Source of the DNA: Hydrurus foetidus
Taxonomy: Eukaryota
DNA: 64,000 nucleotides
Reading direction: 5' to 3'
NCBI GenBank assembly: GCA_900617105.1
Contig: UYFQ01000001.1
Coordinates: 3,596,001-3,660,000 of the forward strand
The position numbers and the translations under genes were made by a program. This document shows, in pieces, positions 49,922 to 59,765 of the stretch (position 1 is the first letter of the stretch; every line of letters begins with the position of its first letter). The notes beneath the pieces were generated by a model that ran no database searches, was not told the DNA's origin, and was given only the letters and a program-made list of their open reading frames with translations.

Positions 49922-50887
49922 ATGCAGCGCCGACAAATTCTCCAATCAGCCGCTTTGTTATCTGCCCCATCGATTGCTGGACTGGCGCGGGCGCAAGCTT
50001 TCCCTGCCAAGCCCATCAAGTTGGTGATAGCCTTCCCTGCAGGTGGGCCAACCGACGTGACGATGCGGGTGCTGGCAGACAACGCCTCGAAAATTCTGGG
50101 CCAGCCAGTGATTATTGAAAACAAGCCCGGCGCAGGCGGCACGCTGCCTGCGCAGCAACTGCAAAGCGCAGCCGCTGACGGCTACACCGTGGCGCAAATT
50201 CCGCTGGGTGTTTTTCGCTTGCCGTACACCACCAAAATGACCTGGGACCCGATCAAGGACTTGGCTTATGTGCTGAACGTGACCGGCTACGCTTTTGGCT
50301 TGGTCGTGCCCACTGATTCACCGCTCAAAAGCTGGACGCACTTTGTCGGCTGGGCCAAGGCCAACCCGGGCAAGCTGAGCTACGGCTCCACCGGCACGCT
50401 GACCAGCCCGCACCTGACGATGGAACTGATTGCGCAAAAGCTGGGGCTAGAGCTGCTGCACGTGCCGTACAAAGGCAGCGCCGATTTAATGCAGTCTATT
50501 TTGGGCGGCAACATCATGGCGGCGGCAGATTCAACTGGTTTTGCGCCGCAGGTTGAGGCTGGCAAGCTGCGCGTGCTGAACACGTGGGGCGCCGATCGCT
50601 TGGCCAAGTTTCCCGATGCACCCACACTTAAAGAACTCGGCCTGGGCCTGGTGCAAAACTCGCCCTTCGGCATTGCTGCCCCGGCGGGCACCCCAGCAGC
50701 CGTAGTCAAGCGCCTGCACGATGGTTACAAGCAAGCCATGGACATGGACAGCTACAAAACCGCGTTAGCCAAGTACGACATGCAGCCGATGTACATGAGC
50801 TCGGCGGCGTATTTGAAGTTTGCGCAAGAAACCTTTGTGCGAGAAAAAACGCTGGTTGAAAAGCTGGGGCTGCTTAAAGCGTCTTGA
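49922..50887 (+). CDS. Bug/TctC tripartite tricarboxylate transporter substrate-binding protein
   Basis: FPAKPIKLVIAFPAGGPTD, ENKPGAGG, HVPYKG, PDAPTLKE. Confidence 0.92.
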   Translation: MQRRQILQSAALLSAPSIAGLARAQAFPAKPIKLVIAFPAGGPTDVTMRVLADNASKILGQPVIIENKPGAGGTLPAQQLQSAAADGYTVAQIPLGVFRLPYTTKMTWDPIKDLAYVLNVTGYAFGLVVPTDSPLKSWTHFVGWAKANPGKLSYGSTGTLTSPHLTMELIAQKLGLELLHVPYKGSADLMQSILGGNIMAAADSTGFAPQVEAGKLRVLNTWGADRLAKFPDAPTLKELGLGLVQNSPFGIAAPAGTPAAVVKRLHDGYKQAMDMDSYKTALAKYDMQPMYMSSAAYLKFAQETFVREKTLVEKLGLLKAS

Positions 50888-50906
50888 CGGCTTTTACACA
50901 CAAGTA

Positions 50907-51869
50907 TCAAACTTTCAGTGGCGCCGTGCTGCGCAGCTCCCCTGTCAAGGCGATTCGTTTCGCAATAGAAACGATGGCAGCTGCGGCCGACTTTGCTGGT
51001 GCCGTGGGCGGCGAGCCAGACCGCGTGTACAAGCCGAGCTGGATAGGTATCAGCGGTTGAGCCAGCACCAGCTCTCGCAATTGGCCTGATTGCATGCACG
51101 CCCGCAACAACGCGGGCGGCAACACGCCCAGCATGTCGGTTGAAGCAATCAGCTCAAGCGCCACAAAGTAAGAGCCGCAGTGCACGGCGGGTAGCGGCAC
51201 AGGCAAACCGCTGGCAATGAAAGACCGGCTCACAATGTCGTCAGAGCTGTCATGCGCGGTCATGTACAACCAAGGGGCTCCTACGATGTCGGCCAGGCTG
51301 TAAGCTGATTTTTTGCCGAGCTTTCTGGGTTTGTCTAACAGCGGGTGCCCCGGCCGAACTGCTATGCGCATATGCACTTCAGCCAGCGGTCGGTAGTCCA
51401 GCCCGGCGTCAAGGTGGATTCGGGTGCGCTGAGTGACGGCCAGGTCCATGACCTCGTCTCGCACCAAAGACAGCAGTGCGCTCGGTGTGGTTTCCAATAT
51501 TCGAATGCGCGTAGCGTGGTGCAATTTGCGCAGAGTAATCGCCAATTCGGGCAGCAACAGGCTGGCACCCACCGGCGACACACCAAGTGCCAAAAGCCGA
51601 GTGCTGTCGCCGACGGCGTTTTTGGCTTCTTCAGCTGCTTTGCGAAGTTCTGCTTCAGCGACTCGCGCCCTTGATAAAAACGCGCTGCCTGCTGCGGTAG
51701 GCGTTACGCCCCGCCCGCTTCGGTCCATCAGTTGCACGCCCAGTTCTGCCTCGAGCTGTTGCAGGGCGCGGGTCAGCGCGGGTTGCGACATGTCGAGCTG
51801 GCGCGCCGCGCCGCGAATGCTGCCTGCATCTACCACCGCAATGAATTGTTCAATCGCTTGAAGTCGCAT
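50907..51869 (-). CDS. LysR-family transcriptional regulator
   Basis: GSIRGAARQLDMSQPALTRALQQLE HTH. Confidence 0.92.
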   Translation of the reverse strand: MRLQAIEQFIAVVDAGSIRGAARQLDMSQPALTRALQQLEAELGVQLMDRSGRGVTPTAAGSAFLSRARVAEAELRKAAEEAKNAVGDSTRLLALGVSPVGASLLLPELAITLRKLHHATRIRILETTPSALLSLVRDEVMDLAVTQRTRIHLDAGLDYRPLAEVHMRIAVRPGHPLLDKPRKLGKKSAYSLADIVGAPWLYMTAHDSSDDIVSRSFIASGLPVPLPAVHCGSYFVALELIASTDMLGVLPPALLRACMQSGQLRELVLAQPLIPIQLGLYTRSGSPPTAPAKSAAAAIVSIAKRIALTGELRSTAPLKV

Positions 51870-51990
51870 ACAAGCCCCTTGCGTGATGCACAGCCAACAT
51901 CAGGCTGCTGCATCTGTCATCTTCCCACAAGGCGGCCAGCTCTGCCACCATTCGCCCCATGCACAACGCCTTTGTGCAAGGAGAAATTTG

Positions 51991-53007
51991 ATGACCACTT
52001 TCAATCCTGCTGCAACCGCTTCGCGCCGCCTGGCATTACGGTTTGGTTGCGCAGCTTCTGCATCACTGTTGGGGCTGGTGGCCAGCGGGCGTGCTTTTGC
52101 GCAGCCAGCTGGCAGCCCACTGCGCATACTTTGTACTGGCCCCGCTGGCAGCATTCCAGACATCGTGGCAAGGCGGGTGGCTGAGCAACTGACGAGACAA
52201 TCTTCACCCGGCGCCATCGTTGACAACCGCCCTGGTGCGGCTGGCCAGATCGCTGTCAACGCGCTCAAAGCGGCGGCACCAGACGGCGCAACTGTGCTGC
52301 TGGCCCAAGGCGCGATTGCCACGGTGTACCCCTACCTGTACGCCAAGCTCGCTTACGACCCCATCGTTGATTTGCAGCCGCTGTCGATGGCCGGTGAGAT
52401 GACACTGGCACTGGCCGTTGGACCGGCTGTGCCGAGCAGCGTCGGCACGGTGCAAGAGCTCATTGACTGGATGCGCGCCAACCCCAAACTGGCCAACGTG
52501 GCGTCGCCCGGCACTGGCACACTGCCGCACTTGCTGGAAGTGATGTTGTTTCGAGAGGCGACTGTGCCCTGGCAGCATGTGGTGTACGCCGGTGGGCCGC
52601 CTGCCATGATTGATTTGCTCGGCGGGCAGGTGGCGGCGCTGGTGCTGCCCGAAGGGCTTTTCAGGCAGCACAAGGCTACGGGCAAGCTGCGGGTGCTGGC
52701 AACTTCTGGCGCGCAGCGCAGCACGTATTTCCCGGATGTGGCCACCTTGGTTGAACAGCGTTACCGCAGTCTGGTGGTGCGCGAATGGTTTGCTTTTTTC
52801 GCGCCTGCACGGGTGCCTGCAGCACAGGTAGATGCGCTGTCACTGAACCTGCAGCAAGCCATTGCCCGCCCTGAATTGGTTGCGGCGTTTGCCGACTCGG
52901 GCATGCAAGCAATGGCCAGTACGCCGCAAGCATTGACAGCGCGTATTGCGCAAGAGCAGCGTTACTGGCAGCCCATCATTGCGGCGGCAGGCGTGAAGGC
53001 TGAATGA
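51991..53007 (+). CDS. Bug/TctC-family substrate-binding protein
   Basis: GPAGSIPD, DNRPGAAG, SPGTGT, PDVATL; AGGAG RBS before ATG 51991. Confidence 0.85.
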   Translation: MTTFNPAATASRRLALRFGCAASASLLGLVASGRAFAQPAGSPLRILCTGPAGSIPDIVARRVAEQLTRQSSPGAIVDNRPGAAGQIAVNALKAAAPDGATVLLAQGAIATVYPYLYAKLAYDPIVDLQPLSMAGEMTLALAVGPAVPSSVGTVQELIDWMRANPKLANVASPGTGTLPHLLEVMLFREATVPWQHVVYAGGPPAMIDLLGGQVAALVLPEGLFRQHKATGKLRVLATSGAQRSTYFPDVATLVEQRYRSLVVREWFAFFAPARVPAAQVDALSLNLQQAIARPELVAAFADSGMQAMASTPQALTARIAQEQRYWQPIIAAAGVKAE

Positions 53008-53882
53008 TGGCGGTCGATGTTGCAAGCACCAAGGCTGAAGCGGACGTTAACGCCCAACCATGGGAGGCCGCAGCGGCAGGCTGGAACCAGCACACCGACC
53101 TGATTCACCACTGGCTTTACGACATCACGCAAACCATGCTGGACGATGCGTATATTGGCCCGGAATCGCGCGTTTTGGATGTTGCAGCAGGCGCAGGCGA
53201 CCAAACGCTTGACATCGCTCGCCGCATCGGCCCCACAGGTTGGGTGCTGGCCACAGACCTATCGCCCGGCATATTGGCATTGGCGCAAAAAAACGCAACA
53301 GCGGCGGGGTTGTTGCAAGTCAGCACCCAAGTGGCAGATGCTCAAAGCCTCGGCTTGGCGGGCAGTGATTTCGACGCAGCGGTATGCCGGCTAGGCCTGA
53401 TGTTTTGCTGCTCCCCGCTTGCGGCGTTGCTTGAGATACGCGCCGCTTTAAAACCGCACGGGCGCTTGACTGCGCTCGTCTTTGGGCGGGCCGAGCACAA
53501 CCCGTGTTTGACAATCACCCTGGCCGCGGCGCGCGAACACGCAGGCCTGGCTGATGCGCCGACTGTGCCGGTTGATTTGCCCGGCACGCTGATGAGTCTA
53601 GGCAATCCCGGCTTGCTAGATGCGCTGATGCAAAGCGCAGGCTTTGTGAGTGTGGCGTCCCGCTACGTGTCAGTGCCATTTCACGCCGCCAGCGCTGAGA
53701 AATATGTCGAGTTTTTGCGCGCATCCGCCTCGCCCGTCATTGAAATACTGGCGTCGCTGCCGGTTGCTGCAAAACAAGACGCTTGGCGCGACATCACCGA
53801 GCAGCTAAAGGTGTTCAGCATGCCGCGGGGCTGGGTGGGGCCCAACGAGTTGCTGCAGTGCGTGGCCGTTGCCCCCGGGTGA
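53004..53882 (+). CDS. Class I SAM-dependent methyltransferase
   Basis: VLDVAAGAG motif I, TDLS, FDAAVCRLGLMF, LKPHG. Confidence 0.88.
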   Translation: MMAVDVASTKAEADVNAQPWEAAAAGWNQHTDLIHHWLYDITQTMLDDAYIGPESRVLDVAAGAGDQTLDIARRIGPTGWVLATDLSPGILALAQKNATAAGLLQVSTQVADAQSLGLAGSDFDAAVCRLGLMFCCSPLAALLEIRAALKPHGRLTALVFGRAEHNPCLTITLAAAREHAGLADAPTVPVDLPGTLMSLGNPGLLDALMQSAGFVSVASRYVSVPFHAASAEKYVEFLRASASPVIEILASLPVAAKQDAWRDITEQLKVFSMPRGWVGPNELLQCVAVAPG

Positions 53883-53888
53883 TCGGCG

Positions 53889-54737
53889 TTACTGGCTTTT
53901 CTGATTTGCTTGAACGGTGACTTGAGCAGACACAACCGCTTTCACCACCTCGGCAAACCCCGCGCCGCGCTCGCCATTGGTGATGTAGCGCGGCAGCTTC
54001 GTGAGTTGACTTTCAAAGCGCCGCATGTTGGCCACGCCGATGGAATTGCCAAAGGCTTCAAACATCAATTGGTCGTTGGTTGAATCGCCGATGAATGCCC
54101 AGTTATCCATCTCAGTATCCAGGTTGCGGCCAAACAATTCGCGCACCGCCCAGCGCGCACCCACCAGTTTGTTGTGCGTGCCAAACCAGCCGTTGATGTG
54201 GATAGAACTCACCGTGGCGTTCATGCCTTCGGCGTGCATGATCGCGACGACTTTTGCGACTTGTTCTGGCGGCAAGTGCGTAAATTCGCTGTGGTCAATC
54301 GCCATGTCGGTCTCTCGCCCGGCGCTGTCTTGGGCCAGCAGCGTACCGGGTACCTCGCGCAAAATGCGTTGGCTAATCCGTTGCATGGCGGTGCGGTTCC
54401 TGGCTCTAAGCTCGCTGCCTTGTTGATATGATTTTAGTAGCTTCTCGCGCCCGTATTCATTGGGATGCAGGTCATTTTTATGCCTAATTCGGAGCAAAAC
54501 AGCACCGTTTTCAGCCACAATGGCATCGATAGGCCAGCTAACGGCAAACGGCTCGCTCCAGCCGACAGGGCGGCCTGTGATAGCGATGACGCTCAAGCCA
54601 TGCACCTTCAGTTCATGCAGCGCCGCCAGCGCATCAGCCGTGATGGCGCCGTCTGTGGTCAACGTATCGTCAATGTCAGTAAAGATGCCGGTGATGCGTT
54701 GCTTGTCCGGCAGTGGCCAAGTGTTTAAGGGGCTCAT
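53889..54737 (-). CDS. HAD-IIB family hydrolase
   Basis: FTDIDDTLT, ITGR, AENGA, IGDSTNDQLMF. Confidence 0.88.
   Translation of the reverse strand: MSPLNTWPLPDKQRITGIFTDIDDTLTTDGAITADALAALHELKVHGLSVIAITGRPVGWSEPFAVSWPIDAIVAENGAVLLRIRHKNDLHPNEYGREKLLKSYQQGSELRARNRTAMQRISQRILREVPGTLLAQDSAGRETDMAIDHSEFTHLPPEQVAKVVAIMHAEGMNATVSSIHINGWFGTHNKLVGARWAVRELFGRNLDTEMDNWAFIGDSTNDQLMFEAFGNSIGVANMRRFESQLTKLPRYITNGERGAGFAEVVKAVVSAQVTVQANQKSQ
54425..54465 (+). repeat. Family A motif in frame inside HAD-IIB gene
   Basis: GATA-tgattttag-TAGC-ttctcgc-GCCC-gtattcatt-GGGA; antisense encodes HPNEYGREKLLKSYQ. Confidence 0.78.
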
Positions 54738-54771
54738 GGCGAAAGTGTCTCATTTATGTACAATACAAAAT

Positions 54772-54851
54772 TCTTGAGGAGCGTTGCAACCCACGGCATG
54801 TGGATTAGGCTCAAGATTCACACACAAGTGACTTTAGCAACCACGCTCACC
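54772..54851 (+). ncRNA. SAH riboswitch
   Basis: tcttGAGGAGCGTTGCaac...AGGCTCaaga...aaccACGCTCAC architecture directly upstream of ahcY; TACAAT -10 at 54759-54764. Confidence 0.88.
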
Positions 54852-54954
54852 CGCATGTGCTTTTCTAGCCGGGTGAGTCAAAAAACTCTACTGCAAACGT
54901 TCAGCACTGCCTGTGGCTATTTTGCCTAATTGATGTTTGATTTTGGAGAACCTT

Positions 54955-56406
54955 ATGAACGCCGTACTTAAGCCCACCCTCGCAGTCGTTGCGCCTTTTT
55001 CTGATTATGTGATCGCCGATTTGTCGCTTGCCGCTTGGGGCCGCAAAGAAATTAAAATCGCTGAAACCGAAATGCCTGGCCTGATGGCCATGCGCGAAGA
55101 ATTTGCCAAAGAGCAGCCGCTCAAAGGCGCCCGCATCACGGGTTCCATCCACATGACGATTCAAACCGCCGTGCTGGTCGAAACGCTGCAGGCTCTTGGT
55201 GCACAGGTGCGTTGGGCATCGTGCAATATTTACTCGACACAGGATCATTCTGCTGCCGCTTTGGCCGCTGTGGGTACGCCTGTTTTCGCCATTAAAGGCG
55301 AGTCGCTGGCCGACTATTGGGACTACACCCACAAGATTTTTGAATTCGACGGCGCCAAAGGCACAGCCGAAGAAGGCCCGAACATGATTCTGGACGACGG
55401 CGGCGATGCCACGTTGCTCATGCACCTCGGCACCAAAGCTGAGACGGATATTTCCGTTATTGGCAAGCCAGGCAGCGAAGAAGAAATCTGCTTGTTCAAC
55501 TCGATTAATGCCAAGCTGGCCGTTGACCCGACCTGGTACAGCCGCCGCCTGAAAAACATCGTTGGCGTGACTGAAGAAACCACCACCGGCGTGCTGCGCT
55601 TGAATGAAATGTCGGCCAAAGGCACACTGGTGATTCGCGCCATCAACGTGAACGATTCGGTGACCAAGTCAAAATTCGACAACCTGTACGGCTGCCGCGA
55701 GTCGCTGGTTGACGCTGTCAAGCGCGCCACCGACGTGATGATTGCTGGCAAAGTTGCTGTGGTTGCTGGTTACGGCGACGTGGGCAAGGGCTCAGCCCAA
55801 GCACTGCGCGCCCTGAGCGCACAAGTGTGGGTAACTGAGATCGACCCGATCAACGCGCTGCAAGCTGCGATGGAAGGCTACAAAGTCGTGACGATGGAAT
55901 ACGCCGCTGACAAGTGCGACATTTTTGTGTCCGCCACCGGCAACAAAAACGTCATCACATACGCACACATGGCCGCCATGAAAGACCAGGCCATCGTTTG
56001 CAACATTGGCCACTTTGACAATGAAATCGATGTCGTGTCACTTGAGAAATGCACTTGGGAAGAGATCAAGCCGCAAGTCGACCACGTGATTTTCCCGGAC
56101 GGCAAACGCATCATCATGCTGGCCAAAGGCCGCCTGGTTAACCTGGGCTGCGGCACGGGCCACCCAAGCTTTGTGATGTCGTCTAGCTTTGCCAACCAGG
56201 TGCTGGCACAAATCGAACTCTACACCAAGCAAGCTGACTACAAGGTTGGCGAAGTTTACGTGTTGCCAAAGCACCTGGACGAAAAAGTAGCCCGTTTGCA
56301 CCTCAAGAAAGTTGGCGCAATGTTGACCGAAATGAGCCAGGAGCAGGCTGACTATATTGGTGTGAACAAGGCCGGTCCGTACAAGGCTAACGCATACCGT
56401 TATTAA
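54955..56406 (+). CDS. ahcY: Adenosylhomocysteinase
   Basis: [48 protein letters not shown]. Confidence 0.96.
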   Translation: MNAVLKPTLAVVAPFSDYVIADLSLAAWGRKEIKIAETEMPGLMAMREEFAKEQPLKGARITGSIHMTIQTAVLVETLQALGAQVRWASCNIYSTQDHSAAALAAVGTPVFAIKGESLADYWDYTHKIFEFDGAKGTAEEGPNMILDDGGDATLLMHLGTKAETDISVIGKPGSEEEICLFNSINAKLAVDPTWYSRRLKNIVGVTEETTTGVLRLNEMSAKGTLVIRAINVNDSVTKSKFDNLYGCRESLVDAVKRATDVMIAGKVAVVAGYGDVGKGSAQALRALSAQVWVTEIDPINALQAAMEGYKVVTMEYAADKCDIFVSATGNKNVITYAHMAAMKDQAIVCNIGHFDNEIDVVSLEKCTWEEIKPQVDHVIFPDGKRIIMLAKGRLVNLGCGTGHPSFVMSSSFANQVLAQIELYTKQADYKVGEVYVLPKHLDEKVARLHLKKVGAMLTEMSQEQADYIGVNKAGPYKANAYRY

Positions 56407-56414
56407 TGGTACGA

Positions 56415-56525
56415 CTCCCTCTCCCCCTTGGAGAGGGCAGGGGTTAGGGCTAGCGGTGTAAATTCTTGCACCATGCTTTAATTTGTAGACCCCTCACCCC
56501 AACCCTCTCCCGGCGGGAGAGGGAG
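56415..56525. repeat. Family B inverted REP-like pair between ahcY and tlyA
   Basis: ctccctctcccccttggagagggcaggggttaggg ... cccctcaccccaaccctctcccggcgggagagggag. Confidence 0.85.
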
Positions 56526-56541
56526 ATAAGACAAGACCCCC

Positions 56542-57528
56542 ATGCGCGCTGACCTCTTCCTCGTCGAACACGGCTTTGCCACTACCCGCTCCCAAGCCCA
56601 GCGCCTGATAGCGGCTGGCGTGCAATGGCGCGTGGTGGTCGATGAAGCTGAAGTTGCTGCGCCCTGGAAACGAGTCGCTAAAAACGGCGATGAAATTGCT
56701 GACGCGGCAGACGTTGAAGTGCTGGACAACACCGAGGCCAAATACATCTCGCGCGGCGGCTTGAAGCTCGAAGGCGCATTGAAAGCCACCGGCCTTGATG
56801 TGACAGGCCTGCGCTGCCTGGATATTGGCCAGTCGACCGGCGGTTTTACCGATTGCCTGCTGCAGCACGGCGCTGCGCAGGTGGTAGGTGTCGATGTGGG
56901 TCATGGCCAGCTGCATGCGTCGATGCGTGAAGACGAGCGTGTTGTGTGCCTGGAAGGCATCAATGCGCGGTCAATAACCGCTCCTGAATTAATAGCTGCT
57001 TGCGCCCGTATTTATTCGGCTACAGGTGAGTTGGATGGTGAAAATGAGCCAGAAATTGACCCACTATTCGATTTTTTAACAGGCGACTTGTCTTTCATTT
57101 CCTTGACGCTGGTGCTGCCAGCAGTCGTGCGTTTGCTCAAAGCCGAGGGCCATTTGCTGATGCTGGTCAAACCGCAGTTTGAACTGCAACCCGGCCAAAT
57201 TGGCAAGGGCGGCATTGTTCGCGATGCCGCGCATTTTGAATTTGTTGAAAAGCGTTTGCGCGACTGCTGCGCTGAGCTAGGTGTTGCAGTTCTCGGCTGG
57301 ATGCAGTCCAGCATCGACGGTGGCGACGGCAACCGCGAGTTTTTTATTCTTGGCAAAAAAGGCAGCAACGCAGCCATCGATGACAAGCCGTTGCCCGCAG
57401 CGCCACCGCGCAAAGTCGTCAAACGCACCCCCAGAGCTGAAACTCGCGCGCTGCACGCTGCACATCAGGATTCTGAAGAAGCGCATGCTGGCCAGCACGG
57501 CCCGGCGCGGCGCAAGCGAAAAGAATAA
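56542..57528 (+). CDS. tlyA: TlyA-family RNA methyltransferase (S4 + FtsJ)
   Basis: SRGGLKL, LDIGQSTGGFTDCLL, VDVGHGQL, DLSFISL, VKPQFE, GNREF. Confidence 0.9.
   Translation: MRADLFLVEHGFATTRSQAQRLIAAGVQWRVVVDEAEVAAPWKRVAKNGDEIADAADVEVLDNTEAKYISRGGLKLEGALKATGLDVTGLRCLDIGQSTGGFTDCLLQHGAAQVVGVDVGHGQLHASMREDERVVCLEGINARSITAPELIAACARIYSATGELDGENEPEIDPLFDFLTGDLSFISLTLVLPAVVRLLKAEGHLLMLVKPQFELQPGQIGKGGIVRDAAHFEFVEKRLRDCCAELGVAVLGWMQSSIDGGDGNREFFILGKKGSNAAIDDKPLPAAPPRKVVKRTPRAETRALHAAHQDSEEAHAGQHGPARRKRKE
56980..57020 (+). repeat. Family A motif in frame inside tlyA
   Basis: GCTC-ctgaattaa-TAGC-tgcttgc-GCCC-gtatttatt-CGGC; encodes APELIAACARIYSA. Confidence 0.88.
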
Positions 57529-57534
57529 TTGTTG

Positions 57535-58392
57535 ATGACCATGACCAACACCTTAACCAAGACAGCGCTTCCGATAAGCATCGAGTTTTTCCCGCCTAAA
57601 ACGCCAGAGGGCGCTGAAAAGCTCCGCGCCACGCGCCAGGCGCTTTATGCACTCAAGCCCGAGTTTTGCTCAGTCACTTTTGGTGCCGGTGGCTCGACGC
57701 AAGACGGCACGTTCAATACCGTCGGCGCAATTTTGGCCGAGGGCGTTGAAGCGGCGTGCCATTTCTCATGTGTGGGCGCAACCAAAGCCGCCGTGCGCGA
57801 GCAGTTGGCCACGTTGCAAGCCATGGGCGTTAAACGCCTGGTGGCGCTGCGCGGCGATTTGCCCAGTGGCTACGGCGGTGGCGGCGAGTTTCATTACGCC
57901 AGCGACTTGGTGGCGTTTATTCGTTCAGAAACTGCAGACGCCTTTCACATTGAAGTGGGCGCCTACCCCGAAGTACACCCGCAGGCCAAGTCAGCCGACG
58001 ATGACTTGAAAGCTTACGTCACCAAGGTAAAAGCAGGCGCCGACTCAGCCATCACGCAATACTTTTTCAACTCCGACGCGTATTTCAGGTTTGTAGACGA
58101 CGCCTACAAACTGGGCGTTGACGTACCAGTCGTGCCCGGCATCATGCCGATCACCAATTCGTCGCAGTTGCTGCGCTTTTCAGATGCGTGCGGCGCTGAA
58201 GTCCCGCGCTGGATACGCTTGCGGCTGCAAGGTTTTGGCGACGACACAGCGTCCATCAAGAGCTTTGGCCTGGACGTCACCACTGATTTATGCGACCAGT
58301 TGCGCAACGGCGGCGCGCCTGGTTTGCACTTCTACAGCATGAACCAAAGCGCCCCTACGCTCGAAGTGGTGCAGCGACTGCAGCCGCTCTGA
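57535..58392 (+). CDS. metF: Methylenetetrahydrofolate reductase
   Basis: [42 protein letters not shown]. Confidence 0.94.
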   Translation: MTMTNTLTKTALPISIEFFPPKTPEGAEKLRATRQALYALKPEFCSVTFGAGGSTQDGTFNTVGAILAEGVEAACHFSCVGATKAAVREQLATLQAMGVKRLVALRGDLPSGYGGGGEFHYASDLVAFIRSETADAFHIEVGAYPEVHPQAKSADDDLKAYVTKVKAGADSAITQYFFNSDAYFRFVDDAYKLGVDVPVVPGIMPITNSSQLLRFSDACGAEVPRWIRLRLQGFGDDTASIKSFGLDVTTDLCDQLRNGGAPGLHFYSMNQSAPTLEVVQRLQPL

Positions 58393-58405
58393 ACGCCTGA
58401 TTGCA

Positions 58406-58981
58406 ATGGTTCATTTGCTGACATTGCGTTTTTTCAGGTGGGTGGTGATCGCCAGCGCGGCTGGTCTGGTTGCGTGTTCGACCGTGCCGCGGGCTAGCCC
58501 GAGCGGCTCCATCGCAACTACCGCTCCCAAACCTGCCGCAGCACCAGCTGTGAAGGCAGACTCAGCAATTGAGTTACCTGCTGCGACCTCGTCAAACGAC
58601 GCGCCGCCACCAGACCGCTACACCGCTAATGCAGAGCGCGAACTTGAACGCGGCGGCGCGTCTTGGTACGGGCCACGCTTTCACGGGCGACTGACCGCCA
58701 ACGGTGAGCGCTACGACATGAATGCCTTCACGGCAGCCCACAAAACGCTGCCATTCGGCACGATGGTGCGCGTCAAAAGCCTGGTTAACGGCCGTGAGGT
58801 GCTGGTGCGCATCACCGATCGCGGGCCCTTCATTCGCAACCGAATCATTGACCTGAGCCGTGCGGCGGCGGTGGAATTGGACATGTTGAACTTGGGGTTC
58901 AAGCAGGTGGTGTTGACCGTGGCTGAGGGTGAAGTTGTGAGTAGACCGGCTGTAGTGGTTAAGCGGTTGCGGCGGCGGTGA
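58406..58981 (+). CDS. rlpA: RlpA-family lipoprotein (septal lytic transglycosylase, DPBB)
   Basis: Lipobox LVAC; GGASWYG, TANGE, AAHKTLP, DRGP, IIDLS. Confidence 0.88.
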   Translation: MVHLLTLRFFRWVVIASAAGLVACSTVPRASPSGSIATTAPKPAAAPAVKADSAIELPAATSSNDAPPPDRYTANAERELERGGASWYGPRFHGRLTANGERYDMNAFTAAHKTLPFGTMVRVKSLVNGREVLVRITDRGPFIRNRIIDLSRAAAVELDMLNLGFKQVVLTVAEGEVVSRPAVVVKRLRRR

Positions 58982-59004
58982 AATATCTTTGTTTCTGGCC
59001 TTTT

Positions 59005-59045
59005 GGTCAATTGGTTCGGGCGCGAGCAGCTCATTAATTGATAGC
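59005..59045 (-). repeat. Family A motif, left flank of nested palindrome
   Basis: Minus strand GCTA-tcaattaat-GAGC-tgctcgc-GCCC-gaaccaatt-GACC. Confidence 0.82.
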
Positions 59046-59291
59046 ATGGCTCGCCTTCACTGGGTTTGCCGGGGGTAGCCCGGCGGCTACTCACTTGTCT
59101 TTTGCTTCGCCAAAAGAAAGTAAGCAAAGAAAAGGCGACCCGCAGGCTGGGCCGCTTCGCGGTTCCTTGAAATAGTCAAACGAGACGGAAAATTTAGAAA
59201 CTTGTCCGCTTCGCGGCCTTCGGACATCTAAATGTTTTAATCCGTCTCGTTTGACTATTTCAAGCCCAGCCAGGACGGGGTGGGGAATTGA

Positions 59292-59315
59292 TTCGGGTTC
59301 GGGTTCGGGTTCGGG
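59292..59315. repeat. Microsatellite (TTCGGG)4
   Basis: Four perfect hexamer units followed by TTCAGG. Confidence 0.9.
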
Positions 59316-59324
59316 TTCAGGTGC

Positions 59325-59446
59325 GGGGAGCCCTCACCCTAACCCTCTCCCAAAGGGAGAGGGGATAAGAAGGAACACCTTGCTAATTCCAAATCCCGGT
59401 ATTGCTCCCTCTCCCCCAGGGAGAGGGCGGGGGTGAGGGCCTCCCC
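59325..59446. repeat. Family B inverted REP-like pair at the centre of the MITE-like element
   Basis: ccctcaccctaaccctctcccaaagggagagggg ... ctccctctcccccagggagagggcgggggtgaggg. Confidence 0.85.
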
Positions 59447-59708
59447 GAACCTGCTTCTGCGTCCCCACCCCTTCTGTATGCGCTGAGGAGCGCAGGATTA
59501 GACGGATGAAAATTTTAAATGTCCGACGACTGCTTCAGCAGGCTAGTTTCTAAAATTTCCGGCTAAGCCGAGCACCGCAGGGTATCCGTAGCGAAGCGAC
59601 GGATCGCAGACAGTAGGGTCGCCTTTCTTTTGCTTACTTTTCTTTGGCGAAGCAAAGAAAAGTGAGTAGCAGCCGGGCTACCCCCGGCACTCAACGCGAA
59701 AGCGAATC

Positions 59709-59749
59709 GCTATCAACTCAAGAGCTACTCACGCCCGAATTTAAAGCGC
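59709..59749 (+). repeat. Family A motif, right flank of nested palindrome
   Basis: GCTA-tcaactcaa-GAGC-tactcac-GCCC-gaatttaaa-GCGC. Confidence 0.8.
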
Positions 59750-59765
59750 TACAGCCAAAAACCAC

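Larger units (their letters stand above)
59067..59689. mobile_element. MITE-like 623-bp non-coding palindromic element with ~75-bp terminal inverted repeats
   Basis: 59067-59141 is a near-exact reverse complement of 59616-59689; internal 24-bp perfect hairpin (59166-59189/59241-59264); no transposase. Confidence 0.75.

Noticed and set aside
58990..59760. CRISPR array or integron attC array
   Set aside because: The repeats are inverted and nested, not direct repeats with unique spacers; no cas or integrase gene in the window.
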